NCBI GenBank assembly: GCA_026770705.1
Contig: JANJGN010000048.1
Location: forward strand, 1,674,001 to 1,738,000
From: Isurus oxyrinchus
Taxonomy: Eukaryota
DNA: 64,000 nt
Reading direction: 5' to 3'
Part shown: positions 26,586 through 39,294 of the stretch, in pieces
How positions within the stretch are numbered: the stretch's first letter is position 1
Layout of the letters: the number at the start of each line of letters is the position of its first letter
The notes under the pieces: generated by a model
Told to the model about the DNA's origin: nothing
What the model saw: only the letters and a program-made list of their open reading frames with translations
Databases searched by the model: none
Program-made: the position numbers and the translations under genes

Positions 26586-27027
26586 CTGGGCTATCTGTGT
26601 GTCCCACATGATCCTGGAATAGCAAATGGTTTCCTTCGATGAGGGAGAGACCTTACATTGTTTCACGTGTTACAACACACCCTGACAGTGGACATCTCAG
26701 CCAGTGACTCACCATATCCTTTCAAGCCTGTCCCCCTTAGTGTTAAGCAGAGATGGGAGATGTATTGGGGCAGTGGCTGGCCTGAGCAAAATAATGTTTT
26801 TCAGAGAGAGCAGGACATCAAAAAGGCCTAAGAGAGTGACTGCGAAACTAATTGGTAACTTTCAATTGAGAAAGAGGTTCAGGGAGGGGGTTGGCGAGGG
26901 TGGGGGGGGGTGGTAAGAAGGCAACGAGTGCAGAGGAAAGAGTATCCGAGCAAGTAGAGATGCAGTCACGGGAGGTTAGTAGTCACACACTGCCGGGGCA
27001 GAGGTAGAACAGCAGTGAAGATACATA

Positions 27028-27156
27028 ACAAAAAGAGAATTACCTGGAAAAACTCAGCAGGTCTGGCAGCATCGGCGGAGAAGAAAAGAGTTGACGTTTC
27101 GAGTCCTCATGACCCTTCGACAGAACTTGATTTCGAGTCCAGGAAAGAGTTGAAAG
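27028..27156 (-). mobile_element. Young 129-bp Penelope-like terminal fragment with a 14-bp target-site duplication
   Basis: AGTGAAGATACATA is duplicated at 27014-27027 and 27157-27170; the paralogous empty site is at ~3063-3076, and the duplication offset jumps by 143 bp here. Confidence 0.92.
27089..27127 (-). ncRNA. Minimal type I hammerhead-ribozyme-like motif (Penelope-associated)
   Basis: AGTT-CTGTCGA-A-GGGTC-ATGAG-GACTC-GAAA-CGTC-AACT: stem I AGTT/AACT, stem II, GAAA, palindromic ACGT in place of stem III, and a GUC triplet. The core reads CUGUCGA rather than CUGANGA. Confidence 0.6.
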
Positions 27157-29705
27157 AGTGAAGATACATAGCTGCCTATATGTTGATGACAGCTTGGAGA
27201 GCGATGGCGAAGTGGATTTTGAATGAGAGGGAGGAACACAGTGAGGTTATCTAAGAAAGAGAAATTGCGAGAGAAGTGAAAAGACAGCTAAAAGGGCCAT
27301 ATAGTTATAAGTACCAGGCTAGCGCAATGGCAGGCTGGGCTGGGAGGTTGGAAGAGGCAGAAGTGGAGGCTTCAATCACAGGTAAATTGCCAACCACGTC
27401 CAGGTTTCCAATAAGTCCAAGGCCCCGATATAAGCGCCAACAATCTCGCTACGTTCACTCCGATCTCGATACAATCACCCTCGATCTTGATACAATCACC
27501 CCTGATAGCATCATGAAAGTCGAAACCTCATCAACTCAGTCTAGAACTTCATGATTTTGAACGCCTCTATCAAAACCCCCTGTCAAAATTCCCTCCCGGA
27601 AGGGGAAAAGTCCGAGTCCCCGCACCGCCCCCATGGAACTGAAGCACCTTGAAACGGAAGATGGTGCCTCAGGAGAGAACCTTGAACAATCGTGACTGAC
27701 CTGGGAGCCAGGATGGGAAGTGGGGTGGTCAGCAATTTAGTGGGAACAGAGCCCAGGGAACAGGAGGCGGGGCTCGTGGACAGGATGAATTCCCCGGTTC
27801 CCTGAACAACTCAACAGCGCCCTCCCTGGAAAGTCACTGACAGCAACTCCTGCGTCCCAATTTTGCAATGCACTTTTACATACGTCTCAGAATTAATAGA
27901 CCTAAAGAAGTTTTGGTGGACAGAAAGAGGGTGATAACAATTTTGCTCTTGGAAGCTGAAAGGAAAACAGAAAGAGCTGAAAAACCCGTCAGAACTGGCA
28001 GCACCAGTGGAGAGAGAAGCAGGTGGTTTGCAGAGCCGAAAAGGGTCTTGTTCCGAACAGAGGAGAGAGATAGGGGTGTGATTGGCTCTGTGCTGTTGAA
28101 AAAAAGGGCAGAAGGACAGCTGGGGCTAAGGAGGTGACGGATGAGTTAGATAGCGGGGAAGATTGAATGAAAAAGGTTTTATTGAACACAATACATAGAG
28201 AGCCTTCCATTTACAAACCCATATGCCATTCTGAAAGACTCTAGCCTGCGTCCCAACTCACCCCCAACAACATGTGCGAGGAGCTGATGGAAATATCTGT
28301 CATTGGGTTTGGGACTGTCCAATGAGCTGCCTCTTGCAGCACTCCCACATTCTGCTAATTTTTTCTCAGACAGCGGCCACCTTTATTCTGCCACAAAGCC
28401 ACAAAGCATTCGCCCAGAGTAGGTGATAACAGCAGAATAAATTTGGCTGCTGTCTAAGAGCAAAATAGCGGATATTGTTCGCACTGGAAGAGGCAACTTA
28501 TTGGACAGTCCAAAGCGTAATGACAAAGAGTTCAATCAGCTCCTCGCAGTTGTTTAATGTGTCGGCCGGCGAGAGTCTTTCAACATAAGGTAGGGATTAG
28601 TCAATGGAAGCCCGGGGATATCTGCGATTCCCTGCATGGTCCTTAGAGTTAAGCAGAGATGGGAACTTAAGCGGGGCAGTGGCCGGCGTGAGGCAAGTCA
28701 TGGTTTTAAGAGAGAGCAGGACATCGAAAATGGCACATCTAGCACAGTCACTGTGAAACTGAGTGGTAACTTTCCTTCGTGAGAGGGATTCAGGGTGCAG
28801 GGTAATCGGGCAGCGAGAACAGAGGAGAGAGAATACGAGGAGTTGGAAATGCAGTAAGGGGAGGTGAGAAGTCACACGTTGCCGTGGCAGAGGGAGAGCA
28901 GCAGTAAAGATATCTAGTTGCCAATGGTTTGATGGTAATTTGGTGAGGCCTGGCGAAGGGGGATTTTGGATGAGAGGACAGGAACGCAGTGAGATTGCTA
29001 AAGAAGGAGAAAAGGCGAGACAAATGAAAGGAAGTGGTTGCAAGTGCCAGGCTAGCGCCATGACAGGCAGGGCAGTGTGGATAGGGCAGGGGGAAGTGGA
29101 GGCTTCATTCACAGGAAAGGTGCAATCCACCCAAGTCCAGGATTCCAATATTGCCCAGGCCCCGCTATAATCACCAAAAATCTCGATACAATCGCGCCCG
29201 CTCTCAATACAATCACCAACAATTTCCATACACCCACCCCGATCTCTATACAATCGCTCCCAATCTCGATACATTCAACACGACCTCGATACAGTCACCT
29301 CCAATCACACCCCTGGTTATAACCTCAGTTCAACCCATTCTGAAACCTTCCCCGCTTTCCTAAAGAATGCTGCCTAGAAGGTGACACCATACTCTGGGTT
29401 AGTTACTTATCCAAGCACCGTGCAGCAGAGGACATGGGCTCAGCTCAACGAGTGCTTGATCTCTGGGTGTGGTGAGCCACACAATAAACTGTGAGTCCTC
29501 ATGGTAACCGCAATGAAGAACAGCAGGTGCGGCATTGCTTCTGTCAACAGCTCTTTTGAAAGCAATTCCGAAAGAGCGCGTATCCTTCATTGAATTTGGT
29601 TGTTGACCAATGTTCACTTTCTGCACATATGCAGCGAGTTTGCCATGTCTGTGAGTACAACGGCACACTGTGGGCAAAAGGAACCACTGCAATCAAAAGG
29701 TGAAG

Positions 29706-29777
29706 TGGAGATGCCGGGGATTGAACCCGGGACCTCATACATGCAAAGCATGCGCTCTACCACTGAGCTACATCCCC
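29706..29777 (-). tRNA. trnaa-ugc: tRNA-Ala(TGC), apparently intact
   Basis: GGGGATGTAGCTCAGTGGTAGAGCGCATGCTTTGCATGTATGAGGTCCCGGGTTCAATCCCCGGCATCTCCA. Canonical vertebrate Ala-TGC with a downstream TTTT. Confidence 0.95.
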
Positions 29778-31891
29778 ACATACGACCGCGCTTACTGAAT
29801 GTGTGGTTAAAGCTCATTTGACCTTTCCAGCCGTTCTCCTGTTCAGTGAAATCACTCACATATCAAAACCACAAACAAGCACAAATGCCTATGTGTAGTT
29901 AAAGGTCACTTCACCCGTCGGGGCTGTTCTAACATTAAGTAAATCACTCCTTTCAGGTGAAGCAACGATTTACTTGTACCTTTTCCAATCACGAAGTGAG
30001 ACAGCGGGAATGTGCTTGGATTAGTATTATTGAAGCCCAGGCTCATCCACTGGGACAAGGGTTCAAATCGAAATTGTTAAAACACATCTAGTTCACTGAC
30101 TTCCTTCAGGGAAGGAAAACTTTCATCCTTATCAGACCTGTCATACTTGTGACTTTCCACACATAGGTATGTGGCTGACCCTTTACTGCCCTCTAAAATG
30201 TCCCAGCAAGTCACACAGTTCAAGGGCAATTAGGGTTGGGTAACAAAGTCTGATCCTCCCAGTGACACCCACATTCCATGAAAGCACAACGGAAATAGAA
30301 AATTAGTCCACTGCATTCGCTGCTGACAGTGGGGGCACCTCCACTTTGGGAAGACTCAGCACAGGCTGAATGACCACTTTGTGGAAGATCTCTGCTCAGT
30401 CCAAAAACATGCTCCCACCCCTCCCCACCCCCCCACCTTCCCCCCACCCCACGCCCCAAGGGTTGCTATTCCAGTTCCGCATCTTGCTCTCATACTCACA
30501 TTTCAGTCCTCAGCCTGAGGGAATGTTCCAGTGAAGCCCAACAAAGCTGTGGGAAAAGATCTTCATCTTCCAGTTTGGCGTCCCCCAACCTTATGGACTC
30601 AACACTGAGCTCAACATCTTCAGACCGTGAACTCACTCTTCTATTTTGAAACATTGTCCACGATTGTCTGTCTGTATCTTGTTTTCATGTTTTGCTTTCA
30701 CGCAGCGTTGACCTTTAATCTGCTATTAACACCTGCTCTGGACCAAATCTTTGTTCCTTTCCTACTGCCATTCTTTTATTCCGTGGCATCTTTGAAATTT
30801 AACCAGCACAGCCCTCTGACCAATTCATGCCCCTCTTTATCTGCACTATCTTGCCAACACCTTGTTCTAAACAGCTGAAAAACCAGAACATCTCCCTCTT
30901 TTCAGTTCCGCTGAAGGGTCATATTGAAGGTGAAATTTTAACTCTGTTTCTCCCTCCGCTGTTGCAGCCAGACCCGCTGAGCTTTTCCAAAACTTTCTCT
31001 GTTATTTTTATTTTTGCCGTTAAGTGTATGTTTTGTGAAGAAATACCATGTAATTGCCATCTCCCAGTTATAAAGGTAATTGTTCAGAGTTTACCATTGT
31101 CACTGCGCGTGTGGAGTCGCTTGTGAATTTGTTGTGGTCTCTTTTCGATTGGCTGAGAAGAGCTGCATCCCACATGGAGAATTTGAAGCATGGATCTCGG
31201 GAAATGATGGGAAAGGGTTTTGAAGGCGGCAACGTATTCAGGATCTTTGGAGAGAAGAGGGAGTTTGGAGATGGGGGCGGTGGCGTGTCATTGCACAGAG
31301 TTCATTATCTCTACACTTTTGAGAAGTGACAGGACTAAAAAGGTTTGAAACGGAGGATGTTGTCTCAGGAGAAGACCGTGAAAAATATGGACAAACCTGG
31401 GAGCCAGGATGGGAGGTTGGGTGGTCCGCAATTTGGTGGGAACAGGACCAAGGGAATAGGAGGCGGGGCTCATGAAAAGGATGATTTCCCCCGTTCTTGG
31501 AGCAGCTCAACAGCGCCCTCCCTGGAGAGTCACTGACAGTAATTCATGCATTCCACTGCTTGACTGCACATGTACACACGCTTGAGAAGTAATTGGCCTA
31601 AGGAACTGCGGATGGGTCGAAAGAGGGCGGGAAACATTTATTCCTTGGGACCTGAAGGAAAAACAGGTAGAGCTAGAAAACGCGGCAGAACTGGCAGCAC
31701 TAGCGGAGAGAGAAACATTTGGTTTATTGCGTCGAATATCAGTCTTCTCCGGAACAGAGGAGAAAGATAGGGCTGTTATGGGTTCTATGCTGTTCCAAAA
31801 AAAGGGCAGAAGGAGGCAAGTGATAAAATAGAGAGCTGGGAACTTTGAATGAAAAAGGTGTTATTGAACAAAAGAGAAGTACAGTGCTAAT

Positions 31892-33132
31892 GTGCTTTTG
31901 AGTTGGTGACCAGGTGTGTAGATGAGGTGAGTACAGTTGATGTATTTTATGTGGATTTCAGCAAAGCCTTTGTCAAGATCCCACATCGAAGATTATAAAG
32001 AAGACAAATGCACATGGGATACAGGATAATTTCATAAGGTGTATTCAAAATTGGCTTGGTTGCAAGAGGCTGGGGGTGATGACAGAAGGCTGTTTCAGTG
32101 ACTCAAAGGTAGTGTCCATTGTTGTACCACTGGGATCCTGGCTGGGTTCCCTGTTATTCTTCATTCATATAAAAGATAGAGGTGACTGTGTGGGGGGTAG
32201 GATTTTTAAGTTTGTGGATGACAGAAATACTGGCCGGGTGGTTAAGAGTGAGGTTGAGTGCCTTGGGCTACAGCGTGATATAGACAGGATGGCCAAACGG
32301 GCAGATAGGAGGCAGATGCAATTTAAACCTGAAAAGTGAAGGTGAAAGGTTTTGGATGGAGTAACTTGAAACTGAAGTATTGAATAAATGGCATGACACT
32401 TGGTAGTTCTGAGGAACAAAGGGACATTGGTGTGTGTGTGTCCATAGATCTCTGAAGGCGGAGGAGCTTGTTAGTGTCGAGGTGAAAAAGGCATATGGAA
32501 CACGTGACCTGATCAATCGAGGCTTAGATTACAAAAGTAGTGAGGTAATGTTGGAGTTGCATAGATCCTTGGTGAGGTCACAGCTGGAGTGTTCTGCGCA
32601 GTACTGATCGCCACATTATACGAAGGATGTGATGGCCCTGGAGGGGGTGCAGAGGATATTCACCAGAATATTTCCAGGGATGAAACATGTACGTTATGAA
32701 GTGAGCCTCCAAAGATTTGAATTGTTTTGGCTGGAGCAGAGGAGCCTGAGGGGCGACCTGATCGAGGTGGAGAAGATTATGAGCTTCATGCACAGGTTGC
32801 AAATGGAGCACCAGTTAACATCAGCTGAAGTTTCAGTCACTAGGGGAGACAAGTTCAAAGTGAGCAGTAGGAGGTTTAGGGTGGATGTGATGAAAATCTT
32901 TTTTACCCAGAAGGTGTGCAAGTCCTAGAATGCACTCGCTTGGAGGATGGTGGAGGGAGGGTTTAATCACAACCTGTAAGAAGAACATGGATGAGCACTT
33001 GGCATGACATAACATTCAAGACTATGTGCCAAGTGATGGAAAATGGGAATAGGTAGGTATTTCAGCTGCTTCTCACATGTCGGTGCAGACTCCATGGGCT
33101 GAAGTGCCTCTTCTGCACTGTGTAATTCTGTG
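31892..33132 (+). mobile_element. 5'-truncated CR1 LINE insertion (~1.24 kb), decayed RT and 3' UTR
   Basis: VDVFYVDFSKAF.KIPH; LGSLLFFIHI...IFKFVDD (FADD motif); LQRDIDRM..; LEQRSLRGDLIEVEKIM; attctgtg 3' tail. Absent from all other units. Confidence 0.92.
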
Positions 33133-34044
33133 GGTGTAATAAAGACATAATGCATTCGCCCAGGGTAAGTGATAATAGCATATTAAAGGTGGGCACTGTC
33201 TGAAAACAAAAAAGCAGAATGTGTCACTACTGTAAGAGGCAGCTCATTGGAGAGTTCCAAGCCTAATGACAAAGAGTTCCATCACCTCATCGCTCTTGTT
33301 ACTGGCGGTGAGTGTGGAGTCAGGCGAGAGTGTTTCAAAATGAGTTTTGGAATAGTGAAAGTAAGCCCTGGGCTATCTTTGTAGCTCAACAAGGTCCTGC
33401 AATATTGAATGGTTTGATTAGCTGAGGGAGCGATGCTGCATTGTTTCACATGCTCCATGGCAGTGGACATCTCAACGGGTTACTCACCATTTCCTTTCAG
33501 CTTTGTTTTCCCTTGGAGTAAAGCAGAGTTGGGACCTGTACCAGGACAGAGGCCGGCGTGAGCAAAGTTATAGTTTTAATAAAGAGCAGGACTTCAAAGT
33601 TGTGAAGGCCAAGAGAGTGACTGCGAATCTGATTGGTAACTTTACCTCGAGAGAAGGGTTCAAGGAGGGTAAGCGGGCAGCGAGCACAGAGGAAAGAGAA
33701 TATGAGGAATTGGAGGTGCAGTACCGGGAGGTGAGAAGTCACACACTGTCGTGGCCGAGGGAGAGCAGCAGTGAAGACATCTTGGCACCAATATTTTGGT
33801 GATAAATTGTTGAGGGCTGGCGAAAGGGGAGATTGGTTGAGAGGGCAGGAAGGCACTGAGATTGCTGATGGAGAATGTGCGACAGAAGCGAAAGGACACA
33901 CCAAGGTCTCATGTGGTTATAAGTGCCAGTCTGGCGACATGACAGCCTGGGCTGGGTGGATGGGAGAGGGAGAGGTGGAGGCTTCGTTCACAGCGAAGTT
34001 GCAACCCAGCCATGTCCAGGTTTCCATCAAGACCAAGGCCTCAG

Positions 34045-34372
34045 TAAAATCACCCAAATCACAATAAAATCACCCGCAGTCTCGATATAATCTCCCAAAA
34101 CTTGACATACCCCAATCTTGATACAATTGCTCCCAATCTCGATATAATCTCCCGAATCTCAATATAATCTCCCCCAACCTTGATACAATTACTGCCTTTC
34201 TCGATTCAAGCAGCCCCAACATCGATACAATCACCCTAATCTAGGTACAATCACCCCCAGTCTTGACGGAATCAACCACAATCTCGAAATAATCTCCACC
34301 AATCACCGCCTCTCTCGATACATTCAGCCCCAACTTGATGCAATCACCACGAATCTCGATACAATCACCTCC
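34045..34372 (+). repeat. 20-21-bp minisatellite
   Basis: Degenerate aatctcgatacaatcacccc units. Confidence 0.85.
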
Positions 34373-35051
34373 AATAAATGAATTGTTGTCATGACCTCCC
34401 TACAACTCAAACACTGGGATCTGTTTGTCCCCATCGATCCTGTCTCAAACCCTCATGATTTTGAATGCCACTAACAAACCTTTCCCTTCTCGAAAGGGAA
34501 AGCCACAGATTCTTTACTGTCTCCGCTGATCTGAAGCCCCTTGTCTCTCAAGCACCACTCGTTATATCCTCAGTCTAAAACCCTCGCATTCTTCCTAAAG
34601 ATTCCTGTCCAGAATGGGACATCATAATCAGGTTCAGTTAGTCCCCGATCTGATGGATCCAGAAATACCGAGGCACTTTGTAACTGATTACCTGGAGTCG
34701 ATTGAACCAATGTTTAAACTATGAGTGAGTGGCGTGAACACCAAGCGCACAAAGGACTGAAGTCACAAATGCCTATGCTGTGGCTGTGGGCCCTCATTGT
34801 AGTCTTGATGAACAACCGCTGGCTCTGCTTTGGTCATGTCTATAGTCTCTCTTGTTTGTCTCAGTGAACAACCTCAGGTTAGGATTTGAGTCTGTGAACA
34901 GCTCTGTTTCGAAACCATTCCAGCAGGTGGCGCATCCGTTATTCAATTTGCTGCTGGCGGTTGTTCGCTTTCAGCACATATGAAGCGAGTGCATCATGTC
35001 TCTGGTGTCCAAAAGTGAGAAGCTGTGCACTGCTGCATTCAGAATGTGAAG

Positions 35052-35123
35052 TGGAGATACCAGGAATTAAATCCGGGAGCTAATACAACCGAAGGACGTG
35101 CTCGACCTCTGAGCTACACCACC
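35052..35123 (-). pseudogene. Highly decayed tRNA-Ala pseudogene (anticodon position CGG)
   Basis: Same position in the unit, with residual tggagat...gagctacac similarity; stems broken. Confidence 0.8.
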
Positions 35124-36944
35124 ACATACGACACAGGGGCATCTAAACAAGCACAAATGCCTATGTGCACGAAAAGGTCATTTCGCCCTTCGAGCCTGTT
35201 CTGCTGGAAACGGAAAGCACTCCTTCCAGGTGCAGCAGCGATTAACTTATACTTCATTCACTCATAATTGGTGACAGTGGTAACGTGGTTCGGCCAGTAT
35301 TGTTGAATCCCAGGCTCATCCACTGGGGACACGGGTCCAAATCGAAATTTAGGTAACAAAATGTGGAATTGAAAACTCGTCCCCAAATGATGGTGACCAT
35401 GAAACCGCCATCGATTGTTGTAAAAACCCATCTGGTTCACTAACATACTTCAGGGAACGAAATCCTTCTGCCTTTTCGGGCCTGGCCTACATGTGAATTT
35501 CAACACATGGGTATGTGGCTGATTCTTTCCTGCCCACTGAAATGGCCTACCACTCATTCAGTTCGAGGGCAATTAGGGATGGGTAACCAAAGGAGGTCTT
35601 GCTAATGAAGTCCAAATCCATGAAAGAGTGAAAGGAACATGAATTGTTTCCTTTGCATTCGCTACTGACAGTGTGGTTTCCTCTATTATGCGAAGACTCA
35701 ACAGAGGCTCGGTGACCACATTGTGGAACATCTCTGTACAACCACACAAGTATGATTCCAACTTTCTGGTCTCTTGCTATTCCAGTCCAGCATCTTGCTC
35801 TCATGTTCACATTTCTGTCCTCAGCCGGCAGCAATGTTCCAGTGAATCCCAACAAAGCTGGGGGGAAAGATACTCATCTTCCAATTAAGTGTCTTCCAGC
35901 ATCATGGACTCAATACTGAGCTCAGCATCTTCAAAGCATGAACTCTGTCCTATATTTGTATTAATTTCCCGGATTGTCAATCCATATCGTGTCCTCTTGT
36001 TTTGCTTTCAGACAGCGCTAACCTTTATTCTCCTCTTATATTCTGTAATTTTGCTTTCAGACAGCGCTTACCATTACGAAATTCCACGTATCTGCCACTT
36101 CCCAGTTATAAAGGTAATTGTGCATAGTTTAACCTTGTCACCGCCATGTAAGAAGTCGCTTGAGAAATTGCAATGGCCTATTTTCGTTTGGGTAACAAGC
36201 GCTGCATCCCATGTATAGAATGTCAAACATGGGGATCGGGAAATGGCGAACAAAATTTTGAAGGCGGCAACATCTTCAGTAACTTTGGAGAGCAGAGGCA
36301 GTTTGGAGATGGGGCCAATGGGTTGCCGGTGCAGAGAGTTCATTATCCCCACATTTCTTTTGAGAAGTGACATGACAAAACAAGTTTGAACCGTGGGGTG
36401 GTGCCACAGGAGAGAATCCTGGAAAAGATTGACTAACCTGGGAGCCAGGATGGGAAGTTAGGTGGTCAGCAATTTAGTGGGAACATAAGCCCCGGGAAAA
36501 GGAGGCGGGGCTCATGGACAAGATGAGTTCCCCAGTTCTCGGAGCAGCTCAACAGCGCCCTTCCTGGACAGGCAGTGACAGCAACTCGTGCATCCCCCTT
36601 CTGGACTGCACATGTCCACACGTTTCAGAACAAATAGGCCTAAAGAAGTGTTGCTGGAAAGAAAGAGGGTGATAACAATTTAGCCCTTGGAAGCTGAAAT
36701 GAAAACAGAAAGAGCTGAAAAACTCGTCAGAACTGGCAGCACCAGTGGAGAGAGAAGCAGTTGGTTTTCAGAGCCGAATATGGGTCTTCATCCGAAGAGA
36801 GGAGAGAGATAGGGGTGTGATGGGCTCTGTGCTTTTGAAAAAAAGGGCAGAAGGACAGCTGGGCTAACGAGATGAGGGATAAGTTAGGTAGCGGGGCAGA
36901 TTGAACGAAAAAGGTGCCATTGAACACAAGACAAAGAGATTCTT

Positions 36945-37390
36945 CCTTTCACTCACCCATAACCTATTGTGAAACACTCTAGCCTGCCTCCAAGCTCACC
37001 CCCAACAAGAAGTGCGAGGAGCTGATGGAACTCTCTGTCATTGGGATCAGGACTTTCAGTGAGCTGCCACTTCCAGCGCTCACACATTCTGCTATTTTGT
37101 TTTCAGACAACGCCCACCTTTATTCTGCTGTCATCACCTACTCTGGGGTGAATACTTCCTGCTGCAAAGCCACAAAGCATTCGCCCAGAGTAGGTGGTAA
37201 CAGCAGAATAAATCTGGCCACTGTCTGAGAGCAAAATAGCAGAATGTGTTCGCACTGGAAGAGGCAGCTCATTGGACAATACAAAGCCCAATGACAAAGA
37301 GTTCAATCAGCTCCTTGTACTTGTTGCTGGGGCTGAGTGTGTCGGCCGGCGAGACTGTTTCAGAATAAGGTATGGCTTAGTGAACGGAAT
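36945..37390. repeat. Foldback copy, complete
   Basis: Both arms and the loop are present. Confidence 0.9.
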
Positions 37391-38079
37391 CCCAGAGCTA
37401 TCTGTGCGTCCCAGCATGGTTTTGGAATAGTGAAAGGTTTCCTTCGATGAGGGAGTGACCTTACATTGTTTCACGTGCTCCAACAGAGACTGGCAGTGGA
37501 CATCTTAACCAGTTACTCACCATGTCCTTTCAGGCCTGTGTCCCTTAGCGTTAAGCAGAGATGGGAGCTGTACTGGGGTCGTGGACAGCGTGAGCCAAAT
37601 AATGGATTTAATAGAGAGCTGGACATCGAAGATGGCAAGGCCAAGAGAGTGACTGCGAAACTGATTGGTAACTTTCCATCGAGAGAGACGACCAGGCAGG
37701 GCAAGCGGGCAGCGAGCACAGAGGAGAGAGGATACGAGGAAATGGAGATGCAGTCACCGGAGGTGAGACGTCACACACTGTCGGGGCAGAGGGACAGCAT
37801 CAGTGAAGATATCTAGGTGCCAATGCTTTGATGATAATTGGGTGAGCGCTGCGGAAGGAGGATTTTGTTTGAGACAGAGGAACCCAGTGAGATTGCTAAA
37901 GAAGGACAAAGTGTGAGGCAAATGAATGGAATTACCAAGGTGTGACCTCGTTGCAAATGCCAGGCAAGCGCCATGATAGGCTGGGTAGCGTGGACGGGAG
38001 AGGGAGAAGTGGAGGCTTCATTCATAGGGAAGGTGTGATGCACCCATGTCCATGTTTCCAACATGGCCACGGCCGCAAT

Positions 38080-38672
38080 ATAATCAACAAAAATCTCGAT
38101 AGAATCGCACCCAATCTTAATACTATCACCAACAATCTCCATGCAATTAACCCCACTCTCCATACAATTACCCCCAATCTCCATACAATCACCCCCAATC
38201 TCGATACAATCAGCAACAATCTCCATACAATCACCAACAAGCCCCAAACAATCACCCCCAATCTCGAAACAATCACCAACAATCTCCAAACAATCACCCC
38301 AATCTCGATACAATCACCAACAATCTCCATTCAATTGCCCCCAATCTTGATACAATCACCAGCAATCTCCGTACAATCACCCCCAAACTCGATACAATCA
38401 CCAACAGTCTCCATACAATCACCCAAAATCGCCATACAATCACCCCCAATCTCGATACATTCACCAACAAACGCCATACAATCTCCCCCAATCTCGATAC
38501 AATCACCAACAAACGCCATACAATCACCCCCAATCTCCATATAATCACCAACAAACGCCATACAAACACACCAATCTCTATACTATCACCAAATGTCTCC
38601 ATACAAACACCCCCAATCTCGATACAGTCACCCCCAGCCTCGATACAAGCACACCCAATCTCGATACAATCA
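38080..38672 (+). repeat. 21-bp minisatellite (largest complete array in the window)
   Basis: Alternating ...caatcacccccaatctc and ...caatcaccaacaatctc units. Confidence 0.92.
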
Positions 38673-39294
38673 CTTCTAGTAGGTTAAAAAATGTCAAATC
38701 CAGCCGACATATCAAACGCTGGGATTTGTTTCTCTCCATCGACTCTGTCCAAACACCTCATGATTTTGAACGCCTCTATCAAACCTCCTGCCAACAATCC
38801 CTCTTTGAAGGGGAAAAGCCCCAGACTCTGCACCACCTCCGTGGAACTGAAGATTCTTGTCTCTCCGGCGCCCGAGGTTATAACCTCGGTGCAACCCATT
38901 CATAAACCTCGCATCCTTCCTAATGAGTGCTGCCTAGAATGTGGCACCATACTCAGAGTTACTTACCGAGCTGGACTGATCCACAAACTCCCAGGCACCG
39001 TGAAGCAGAGACATGAACGCTGCTGAACTCTGAGTATCGTGAGTCAATAAGCACACAAAACACTGAAGGCACAAATGTGTGGCTGCAGGCCCTCATGGTT
39101 GTGTCAATGAACAACCACAGATGCTGCTTTGATTATGTAAACAGCTTTATTTTGAAGCCGTTCCTACAGATGGCGCATCCTTCGTTGATTTCAGATGTTG
39201 GCGAATGATCGCTTTCTGCACATAAGAAGCGAGTTTACCATGTCTGTGTGCGTAAAGGTGAGTAACTGTGCACGGCTGCATTCAAAAGCTGAAA

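Larger units (their letters stand above)
23951..31545 (+). repeat. Recent higher-order segmental duplication of 1-~7445
   Basis: Near-identical at offset 23,950 (about 24,094 after the 143-bp insertion); identity breaks at gacagtaattc (7445/31545). Confidence 0.93.

Noticed and set aside
32076-32928. Functional reverse transcriptase, or a retron-like RT plus hairpin system
   Set aside because: 5'-truncated CR1 with stops and frameshifts and an FVDD catalytic motif; present in only one unit.
37813-38602. Repetitive ORFs (SIQSPPI, DCIEIGG) here and at 46780-47453 and 59967-60600
   Set aside because: By-products of a stop-poor 21-bp minisatellite; no gene structure.
38080-38672. CRISPR-like array
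   Set aside because: Head-to-tail repeats with no unique spacers, no cas genes, and a vertebrate context.
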